Origin: Octopus sinensis | Lineage: Eukaryota | Direction: 5' to 3' | NCBI RefSeq assembly: GCF_006345805.1 | Contig: NC_042998.1 | Location: 183,210,001 to 183,274,000, forward strand | Length of the DNA stretch: 64,000 nt | Shown: positions 1-11,400 of the stretch, piece after piece | Numbering within the stretch: the stretch's first letter is position 1 | Layout of the letters: each line of letters begins with the position of its first letter | Position numbers and translations under genes: made by a program | Notes under the pieces: model-generated | The model's input: the letters and a program-made list of their open reading frames with translations, nothing else | Told to the model about the DNA's origin: nothing | Databases searched by the model: none

Positions 1-12
1 TTAGCATGTCAA

Positions 13-415
13 GGCAGCGAGCTGGCAGAAACGTTAGCACGGCTGGCGAAATGCTTAGCGGTATTTCGTCTGCCACTATGTTCTGAGTTCAAATTCCGCC
101 ATGGTCGACTTTGCCTTTCATCCTTTCGGGGTTGCTTAAATAAGTACCAGTTATGCACTGGGGTCGATATAATCGACTTAATCTGTTTGTCTGTCCTTGT
201 TTGTCCCCTCTGTGTGTAGCCCCTTTTGGGCAGTAAAGAAATAGGTATTTTGTCAACTGCCGCGTTCTGAGTTCAAATTCCGCCGAGGTCGACTTTGCCT
301 TTCATCCTTTCGGGGTCAATTAAATAAGTACCAGTTACGCACTGGGGTCAATATAATCGACTTAATCTGTTTGTCCCCTCTGTATGTAGCCCCTTGTGGG
401 CAGTAAAGAAATAAG
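13..415 (+). mobile_element. tRNA-derived SINE (family C) with tandem duplication of its 3' body
   Basis: Head GGCAGCGAGCTGGCAG...GAGTTCAAATTCC. The body at about 59-245 is repeated at about 245-415. Same family as 54463-54695 and 51064-51295. Confidence 0.8.
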
Positions 416-1144
416 AATCATTAGCATGTCAGACAAAATGCTATGGGCATTTCTTCTGGCTCAAGTTGACCTTGTCTTTCGTCACTTCAGGGTCAATAAA
501 ATAAAGTACTAGTCAGGTACTGAGATTGATGTAATTGATTTACCTCTTCCTTTCAAAATTGCTGGCCTTGTACCCTGCAACAAATCAGCATCCCATTTGG
601 AGGTGATGTGGTGATCTTGATCACACAGCTTGGAACCTGGGTATCTGGCCTTATGGGTCCTGGGGCGAAATCCCCCCCCAAAAAAAATCATCACATACAA
701 CACCACCACCACCATCACTCTAACAACCTCACTTTACTGTCAACACATGCAATACTTGGTGGCTCAAACAGTGAGGGAACCTGTATCAGGTCAATTTATC
801 TGCCAGAAATACCAACCAAATCTCTCCCTTTGAGATACAGGTACTACTCACTTTTGCCTGCTGAGTGAAGTAGAGCAACATGAAATAAAGTGTCTTACCC
901 AAGGACACAGCATGTCGCTGGGAATTGAACTCACAACCTTGCGATTGTGAGCCAAATACCCTAACCACTAAGCTATGCACTTTTGGTCCATGATATACAG
1001 AGAAAGATAAAATGGTTGTGGCTTTTTTCCTGACTCTAGTCAGTTAGGGGTAACCTGAAGCAAAACAACAATAATTACAAAGTGGTTTTATATGGAATTC
1101 ACTATATTTCAATGTAGTAATACTGATGGTTTCGATGTTTACAG

Positions 1145-1347
1145 GAATCCTGTTCAGCTTCCCTTGGAAGTGGACGTAAACTAGATAAGAATATAACCAA
1201 AGGAATAATGTGGTTGTGTAACATAGTCGATCAACAGTATGATTTCTACAATGAACGTGTCGTGAAAGAAATGAAAGCCATGTGTGAAGAAAAAAAAATC
1301 AAAGACGAAGAGAGGAAAATTAGAGTAAAGAAGATTCGAGAAGAAAG
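1145..1347 (+). CDS. ARL13B: ARL13B exon (end of G domain and coiled coil)
   Basis: tttacag|GAATCC...GAAAG|gtattt, 203 nt, open frame ESCSASLG...IREER. Confidence 0.9.
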
Positions 1348-1370
1348 GTATTTTTATTGAATTCTTGTTG

Positions 1371-1410
<40 letters not shown>

Positions 1411-1902
1411 TGATATATATATATATATAAAATTTGATATATATATATATAAAAATTTTTTATATATATATATATATATAAAATGTTGATCTCTATATCC
1501 AACTAATTCAGAAATGGCATTCTCAAGTAATCGATGTATGTGTGATCTTTCGTTATTATTCCCTCTGTACCTGCGTGAATTATTTTTGAGTATACAGTGT
1601 CTGGGACTTTTCTTATAGTAGAGGAAATAGCTAAAAAATTTTGGCTGCTATTTCTAAATGTTCGGTGTGTGGTAAAGTAAATTATTTTACTGAACCTAAT
1701 TATATAACATAATGTTTTAAATATACCGTAAATGGTCTTTTTACATACTGAACACTACTTGGTAAAATTATTAATTAATAATTAATTAATTTTACCCTTA
1801 TATATATTCCTCCTCCTTTCTTTCCTTTCCTGAGCATCCAATAACACTATACTTGTTCCACATCCTCACGTGTTTTCTCTTTGTGTTTTCATGTTTGGAT
1901 TA

Positions 1903-1957
<55 letters not shown>

Positions 1958-4900
1958 AGGTACAGATATGGTTGTGTGATTAAGAAGCTTGCTTTGCAAC
2001 CATGCAGTTTTGAGTTCAATCCCACTGCATGGCAGTTGGACAAATGTTTTCTTTTATAACCCTGACCCAACCAACTCATTCCACCATGGAACTTGGATAT
2101 TAACTGATGATGATGATGATGATGATGATGATTGTCTATCCATGTGTGTGTCTCTGTATCTGTGTTTGCCACCCTCACCACCGCTTGACAACCTGTGTTT
2201 GTTTGTTTACATCCCTAAATACAAGGCTTTAAAAAAATCCTTCAAGGTAGTGCTTGAGCATGGCTGCATTCTAACTGAAAAAAGATGAAAGATGTCACGC
2301 TAAACTTAATCAAGATCATTTATGTGTGTGTGTGTGTGTGTAGTTTCATGCACGAAAGATGTGTGGCAAAGAGTGGAAAAGTTTCTCTAAGATGTCCACT
2401 GGAAATGAAAAATGCTAATGTCTGTAAGAATGTTATCAAGAGTCAAAGAGATTATCAGAAAGATGCTGTCTTGTTGTCAAAGTTAGCAGTGCTTACATAG
2501 ATTAAAACTACAAATAATTATTAAATATAAAAAGTAAATAATGTCCAGTTTATTTTTTAAATGCTTATCTAATGCATAGAATTGAGTGCAAGCTTCATTT
2601 ACTGATTAATATTATGATGCACAGTTTCAACAATACTGTATATACTAATGAGAAATATCATCATCATCATCATTGTTTAACATCTGTTTTCCATGCTGGC
2701 ATGGGTTGGACGGTTCGATTGGGGTCTGGGAAGCCAAGAGGCTGCACCAGGCTCTAATCTGATCTGGCAGCTGGATGCTCTTCTTAACGCCAACCACTCC
2801 AAGAGTGTAGTGGGTGCTTTTTATGTGCCACTGGCACAGGGGCCAGAGGAGTTGGCATTGACCACGCTTGGATGGTGCTTTTTACATACCACTGGCACAG
2901 AAGCCAGTTACAGAGGCACTGGCATCAGCCACATTCGGATGGTGCTTTTTACGTTCTACTGGCATAAGACTCACAACTACAGTTTCCATTTGATTTGATT
3001 TTGATATTGCTGATGTTGATGTACTTGACTCAATAGGTCTCCTCAAGCATGGCATGTCGCCCTACGATCCAAGGTACTTTTGAGTGGGCTGGTTATGCGA
3101 CACTGGTGTAGGTTACAGCTGTGGACTCACTTTATTTGCCAGGTCTTCTCAGTCACAGCATACCTCCAGAGGTCTTGGTCTTTTGTCATTGCCTCTCTGA
3201 GGCCCAACATTCAAAGGTCATGCTTCACCACCTCATCCCATGTCTTCCTGGTCTCCCTCTGCCCTGGATTCCTTCCACTGTTTGGGAGTGGCATTTCTTC
3301 ACACAGCTCTCCTCATCCATCTGCAGTACATGACTTTACCAACGCAAACATCTCTCTTGCATGCCACATCCAATGCTTCTTATGTCTAACATTTCTCTCA
3401 GGGCACTTACACTCTGTCATGTGTGCACACTGACATTACACATCCAGTGGATCATGCTAGCTTCATTTTTTTTCAAGTCTACGCATGTCTTCAGCAGCCG
3501 CAGCCTGTGTTTCACTGCCGTGAAGCATGGCTGTTCGCACACATGCATCATACAATCTACCTTTCACTCTGGGCTAGAGGCCCTTAGTTACAAGTAGGGG
3601 TAGAAGCTTTCTGAACTTTGCCCAGGTTATTCTTATTCTAGTGGTGACACTCTCTGGGCATCCAAATACATAATTTGTTCTGAAAGGTAGAATGAACTCT
3701 GCCTTTTTTTTTCCCCTCAGTGTTATTATTGAGTGAGAAGTTCATGTGGGAATGTTTGCCTCTCACAATTTAGCTAATTTTTAAAGCTATTTTATTTCCT
3801 TTGTGTATGTAATAGTAACAATGAATATTCATATATGTCTGTGTAACTTTATAGAAAACTAGCAGTATTGCCCGGCGTTGCTCGGGTTTGTAAGGGAAAT
3901 ATCTATATAAGCATTTTTAGTGAGTTATAGCAAAAAATGCATTAAAAATGGAATAAAAAATGATGGTGATTTTTTTTTAAATCGTTGACTCATCGTAGAC
4001 ATTTTTAGAGAGTTACTTCCCTTATATAATAGCGAAAAATGCATTAAAATGGAATAAAAAATTATGGTAAATTTTTTTTTAATCATAGACTCATCGTAGA
4101 CGCGCGCTAATACCCAGAAGGGCGCGATATGAATCACGACTATAAGTTTTGGTTACACTGCACCGCAAAATGTGTGAGTAAGGAATCTAAATCGTAGGAG
4201 ACAGACACACAACCTTACTTTTATATATAAAGATTTGTGCAACAACTAAAACATTCGGTTGTACAAATTGTTTGCACAGGAAACCTGCCCTGTGTGGCGG
4301 TAATTGCCGTTTTTGTGAATCTGTTTCAGCTTTTTTAGCGATTTCTGTTTTGGCGACTTCAAGCCATGAAGTCATTCTAAAAGAACGCTGGTCTCCTTGA
4401 CAATGCATTACGACGTTGATTTCCTTACACTCCCTTCCCCACAGCTTCACGAGGGAGGGAAGAAGGGGGAGAAGCAACACAGGTGCAGGTGTGAGCGTGG
4501 ACGACAATTCCGCCGCCATCGACACACGAAAAAATATGCATTAAAATGGAATAAAAAATGAATCACGACTATAAGATACCCGAATTTGGTTAAACTGCAC
4601 CGCAAAATGTGGGAGTAGTTAGGAATCTAAATCGAAGGGGACAGACACTCACACAACTACAGTTTTATATATATAGATATATATATGGTCTTATGCTATA
4701 TGCGCACATATATGTGCGTGCGCCTGCGCGAACATGTGACTGCACATGCGCGAACGTGTGACTGCGCATGCGCGAAATTGTGAATGCGCATGTGCGAACG
4801 TGTGATTGCGCATGCGTGAAAGTGTGAATGCGCATGCGCGAACGTGTGAATGCGCATGCGCGAACGTGTGAATGCGCATGCGCGAACGTGTGACTGCGCA

Positions 4901-7900
4901 TGCGCGAACGTGTGACTGCTCATGCGCGAAAGTGTGACTGCGCATGCGCGAAATTGTGAATGCGCATGCGCGAAAGTGTGAATGCGCATGCGCGAACGTG
5001 ACTGCGCATGCGCGAGTGTCACTGCGTGTGCGCGAAAGTGCGCATGTGCGGACGTGTGACTGCGCTGCGCGAATGTAAGACCGCACATGCGGGACCGTGT
5101 GACTGCACGTGGACGAAAGTGTGACTGCGCATGCACGAACTCGTGACTGCGCATGCGCGAACGTGTGACTGTGAAGGCGCAACAGTGTGACTGCACATGC
5201 ACAAACGTGTGACTGCGCATGCACAGTCACACGTTCGCGCATGCGCAGTCACACGTTCACGCATGCGCAGTCACACTTTACGAGGGAGGGAAGAAGGGGG
5301 AGAAGCAACACAGGTGCAGGTGTGAGCATGGACGCCAATTCCGCCGCCATCAACACGAAAAAATTGGAAGAAATGGAAAAAAATTATGTTAAATTATTTT
5401 CTAAATCGTAGACTCATCGTAGACGCGCGCTAATACCCAGAAGGGCTCGATATGAATCACGACTATAAGATACCCGAAATTTTGGTTAAACTGCACCGCA
5501 AAATGTGGGAGTAGTTAAGAATCTAAATCGTAGGAGACAGACACTCACACAACTTCACTTTTATATATATAGATATAAGTGTACGCACCATGTTGAACAT
5601 ATAATAGCATTTATGTTTGTTTATGTGTGTACATACATGTAAATCACTTAACTTTTATTTATCATTTATTCCTATTTATGTGTTTGTGTGTGTATGTATG
5701 CTTTTAAGTAAATATTTTTTCTTGTCAGAATAGTTTTACATGTTGTGTCATAATGATAAAGATTTTTGTTGACAACACCCAATACACACTGTAAGATGGT
5801 TGGCATTAAGAAGGGCATCCAATTGCAGAAAACATGCCAAAGCTGTCAGTGTATCTTGGCATAGCTCTGCAGCTTATTAGATCCTGTCAAACGATCCAAC
5901 CCCTGCCAACATGGAAAACGGTTTTTGAATGGTAATGTTGAAGAAAAAGAAGAAAAAGTCACTTACTACCTACTCTAAGTGTTTACTCATGGCATGTACC
6001 CAAAGACTACTATAGTGCTTTTAAGTTCTATATTGAAACTAAGAATGCAGTCCTGGAAATTAATTTTTCTTACTTCATAATACTAGGACATAATTTATTG
6101 CAACCTTGTTTTATGTTAACCAGAAGATGAGCAGCTATGTGCTTTAATGGCAATTTTTCAATAAATTAAATCAGCATGGTTTTAATCCCCGTTTTATATT
6201 GCTTCACTCACTACCCTTAAGAGGGACATAAATATCATACCAGCATTGCCTTACTGGCACCTGTGCCATTGGCATGTGTGAAAAAAAAAAAAATTTGAGT
6301 GAGGTCGTTGCCATGGCACGTAAAAGCACCCACTACACTCTCGGAGTGGTTGGCATTAGGAAGAGCATCCAGCTGTAGAAACTCTGCCAGATCAAGACTG
6401 GAGCCTGGTGCAGCCATCTGGTTTGCCAGCCCACAGTTAAACCATCCAACCCATGCTAGCATGGAAAGCGGACGTTAAACGACAATGATGATGATGATGA
6501 TATTTCTCAGGTTTTTACTTTATTAACCTGCCTGCCTCATGCAGTGCATGGTACATAGAAAGCTATATTGAGAAGTATTTCACGGGTTATACACATCAAA
6601 AATATCTTTGGATTCTTTTTTCATTTTAAATATGTAAAAAAGAGTTCATCAGACACATATGAGATGTACGTAGTAAGATACTTGCTCTGTGAGATATTTA
6701 CTCTGTAGGACATGTTCTGTGTCAGATGTCTGCTCTGTGGTGATTGCAGTTGTTGTTTTGCTTCAAGTTGGCTCTAATTAAAGGTATTTTAGCACTAACA
6801 TTCCATTTTTTTAGGTACATTTACTGTCTTCTGGTTAGTGGGAAATTTGGTTGCTATTTGTAGCAGGTCAATCAACCTCATAAAGGCATCCTCATTGACT
6901 CACTGCATGCTCTGTGATAAACATTATATGTAATCTATGTGCCCTATAGATTATATGCTCTCAAGTTATATACATTCAATGATATATGTTCCATGGGAAA
7001 TACACTATTTATAATATATTCTCCACATATAAAATTTCAAATGTCAAGTAATTTGTTAATTGCTAATCACTCTTGTGATACAAACTTCTCCATTTTTGAA
7101 ACCATACTTCATAATACCTAGAAACTGTCTTAGTAAAACATTATAAAAACTTTGCAGAAGCCAATAAATATTCTGTTGCTTTTAAGGGAGAAAGAGCAGG
7201 AAAAGCCAATAGAACTTTCTCCACGCTACCCTACTCCTGACCAAGAAACTGGGGACCCATTTAAGAGACTTGATGGTACATATTTTGCCAAGGTACTGTA
7301 TAATTTATTCTTGACAGCTTGTATTCTGTAGCTTTCTTGTCTTTCATTTATACTCCCTTTCTTTCCATCTACAATCTTACACATTTCTCTTTACACTTTT
7401 CCTCTTCTTCATCTTCCTTCCTCTTTTTAGTCCTCTTTTCTCCTTTTTTCACAGTTCTCTCTTTAGCACCTTTTACATCTCTAAATCTTTATAGTTTCTT
7501 GAGCCTTATAATTCACAATACAGTTATGACCAGTGGTGGCTCATGTATAGGCACTGCAGAACTGCAGCACCCCCTATTTCCACTCGATATTATCCATAAC
7601 ATTCAGTACAATGAGTCCTTTTTTTCTTTAATTCTTTCTTTATACTTATACATTATATAATCCTTAAGCTTAATGTCAGTAGCCATCCCCTAGTTTATGA
7701 AAAAAATGCAAAAATCCTTGTATAAAACTGTGTGCTTCACAGTTATAATAATAATGAACTTATTGTATACAGTGCTCAGGTGCACCACAACTTGTCAAAA
7801 AGTGTGCATAAAGTATATGCAGTAATGTACAAATGTCAGTTCCAGTGATGCAGTGTTTGGCTATTGTGCACATGCTCACATATCCAAGAGAGGAAGCTTC

Positions 7901-8421
7901 ATGCTAGGGAGAGAGAGCACTGTCATTCACGCAGTATCGGTGAAAGGTAGTACTTCTTTTTGACTCCACATATGTTGTGCTTAAAAACGTATTTATGTTC
8001 CTGAATGTGATAAAGTGTAGAATTAATTATCCTGCTTCTAGCTTCAGTGTTGTTGCCAGGATTTGAAAAATAGGGCTGATTTTCCCCCTCTTATTTTGTG
8101 ATATCACAGGGATTTTTGAAAAACAAAGAGGAATTCACAGCTGTGTTCAGTGAACAAATTAAACACACTACCCAGCAGTGGCTAAAACGTGAACTGATCA
8201 AGTTTATGTACGCTTTTCTCTTTTACTTGTTTCAGTCATTTGACTGTGACCATGCTGAAGCACTGCCTTTAGTCGAGCAAATCGACTCCAGGACTTATTC
8301 TTTGTAAGCCTAGTACTTATTCTATCAGTCACTTTTGCCAAACCGCTAAGTTACGGGGACATAAACACACCAGCATCGGTTGTCAAGCAATTTTGGGGGA
8401 TGAACAGACACACAAACATAT

Positions 8422-8473
<52 letters not shown>

Positions 8474-11400
8474 TTAATCCAAACATGAAAGCACAAAAAA
8501 ACACAACAACACGAGGACGTGGAACAAATATAGTATTATTGGACGCTCAAGAAAGAAGGAGGGTTTAACGTTTCGAGCGGAGCTCTTTGTCGGAAACATA
8601 GGAGAAGGAAAGATCCGGAGAAGGGACACAGAGGGAAAAAAATCACCAACGGTACACATGCGGTCACATTTTGAATATATACATATATACGATGGGCTTC
8701 TTTCAGTTTCCGTCAACCAAATCCACTCACAAGGCTTTGGTCGGCCCAAGACTATAGTAAAAGACACTTGCCCAAGGTGCCACACAGTGGGACTGAACCT
8801 GGAACTATGTGGTTTGTAAGCAAGCTACTACCACACAGCCACTCCTACACCTATTCTTTTTATATGTTTGTTTCCTTTTACACAATATTAAAACAACAGC
8901 TAACAATTCTCTGAAGCAGCACCCCAAATAATTTTATCTACAAGCCACCACTGGTTACGACATCATTTAAAATTGAGAAGGACATTTTATGAACAATGAA
9001 ACTAATTTTTTATAGGGCATTAAACTCACAAACTTCTATTTTCATATTAAAAATAAAGCTCCATGTGTTCAATTTCAGCTTGAACATATATGCTACATAG
9101 ACATGGCCAAGCACAGGTATGGGTGAATAGTTAAGAAGTTCACTTCACAATCATAATGTCTCAGGTACAATATGTTTTACTTTATTGTACTCATAGATTG
9201 TGGTCTAGGTCTGCTTAAAACAAGATTAACGGCCTCTGTCTCTTTCCACTTATTACTTTACTTTCTCCACTTGTTTCAGTTTAGAAAATTCTAGTATGCC
9301 TTTCTTGAATTGATTACATGTCAAGTGACTGAAAGAAGTTTTATGATACAAAAATCGTTATTTACAGACTTTTTAAAACTAGATACATAATTATGTACTT
9401 TAGGCCCATGTATGTTATTATACACAAAGAAATGGAGAAATCTATGAGACATATAGCATTTTATATTATCTGATACACATATTATATGTGTTATGTTGTG
9501 ATTGTTTATTTGTTTCTTATTGCTGTTGTGTGCCTCTTATCATGCATTACTACTTTCCCTAAATAATTGTCTGTATTAGTTGAAACATACTCATAAAAGT
9601 CAAACAATCTTAGTTTGATTGTGGTAGTTTAAGATATTGTAATTTCATTTCTTAATGAAACCAAAAGATTGTATGTCTAATGAGACAGTATCCATGTATA
9701 TTTTATGCTCATTTAGAAGAGATATTGAAGTCAGGATAATTGGGTGAAGTTACTGTAATTAACATTCATTTTGAAATTGGTGCACCTGAGCACTGTATAC
9801 AATAATTTCATTATTATTATTTAAATGTTACAGATTAATGCTCGGGGGAGAAAACAAGTAAGGTTGCAGACTTAAGGAAAGGGGCATAGATAAAACATTT
9901 ATCATGAGTGTCTGACATAATAAGACACAGTAAAAGCAATAAAAGAGAGAAAGGGAAGTGCATCAAATGAGTTCAGGGTGGAGGTGACACAGAATTGGTA
10001 TTTCCAAAGAAATAGAAAGAGATACAGCTGAGTGCTGGAATGTTGGCTGCTGTGTCTGTTATTTTTAGTTGCAATATTACTATTGATTTTAAATTTTGGC
10101 ACAAGATCAGCAAATTCATGGGGAGTGGGTAAGTTTACATTGACCCCCATTACTTAACTGGTATTTATTTTACCGACCCAACAGGATAAAAGGCAAAGTC
10201 GACCTCGACAGAATTGCAATATTAAATATTAAAAACAAATATTCTCTGCTCTCCTTATTTCAGACAACCAATGACAGTAACCTAGTAGAAGCACCACATC
10301 TACTGAACCATCCCAAAGTGGACAATTCCGAAAGTGAGAAAATTCAGTTGCTAACAGTAAATTCAGACAGTGAACAATTGTTACCACAACCTCACAGTAC
10401 TCAAATTCAACCAGATAAAAAGCAGGATGCTGTCAGCTATTGTATATTAAGCAAGAGCGATACAACCACCAATAGATCAGTGCCAGACAGTGACGTAAAA
10501 CCACACTCAAAAAGTACCATTCTGCAGCCTTTAAGTGAGCTTAGTGAGTTTCTGATTTAAAATTACTCCTTTTATAAAATAATAACTCTCATCAGTAAAT
10601 AGATCTTATCTTTCCTTTTACTTGTTTCAGTCATTTGACTGCTGCCACACTGGCGTACTACCTTGAAGGGTTTTAGTCGAACAAATCAGTTTCAGGACTT
10701 TTTTTTTAAAACTCTGATACTTATTAGATCGGTCTCTTTTTGTGAAACTGCTAAGTTATGGAGATGTAAACACACCATCACCGGTTGTCAAGCAGTGGTG
10801 GGGAACAAACACAGAAACAAAGACACACACAGATATATATGTCATCATCATCATCATCGTTTAACGTCCACTTTCCATGCTAGCATGGGTTGGACGATTT
10901 GACTGAGGGCTGGCGAACCAGATTCCAATCTGATCTGGCAGAGTTTCTACAGCTGGATGCCCTTCCTAACACCAACCACTCCGAGAGTGTAGTTAGTGCT
11001 TTTACGTGCCACCGGCACGAGGGCCAGTTAGGTGGTACTGGCAATGGCCACGCTCAAATGGTGCTTTTTATGTGCCACCTGCACAGGAGCCAGTCCAGTG
11101 GCACTGGCAACAACCTCACTCGAATGTTTTTTCACGTGCCACCAGCACATATATATATATATACACATACAAGCATCTTTCAGTTTCTGTCTACCAAATC
11201 CACTCACAAGGCTTTGGTTGGCCCAAGGCTATAGTAGAAGACACTTGCCTAAGGTGCCACACAGTGGGACTGAACCAAGAACTATGTGGTTTGAAAGCAG
11301 GCATCATACCACATCAAAAGTGTAGTTGCCATTGCTTCCAACAGTGCCCACTCCTATGAAGACAGTACCACCATTCATACATTCATAATCTTTGCAACCT

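Noticed and set aside
509-980. Short ORFs with His or Val runs
   Set aside because: They come from (CAC)n tracts and old SINE fragments.
4665-5411. Long His/Ala/Arg/Ser-rich ORFs in the ORF track
   Set aside because: They are translations of the 22-bp minisatellite, with no splice or codon evidence.
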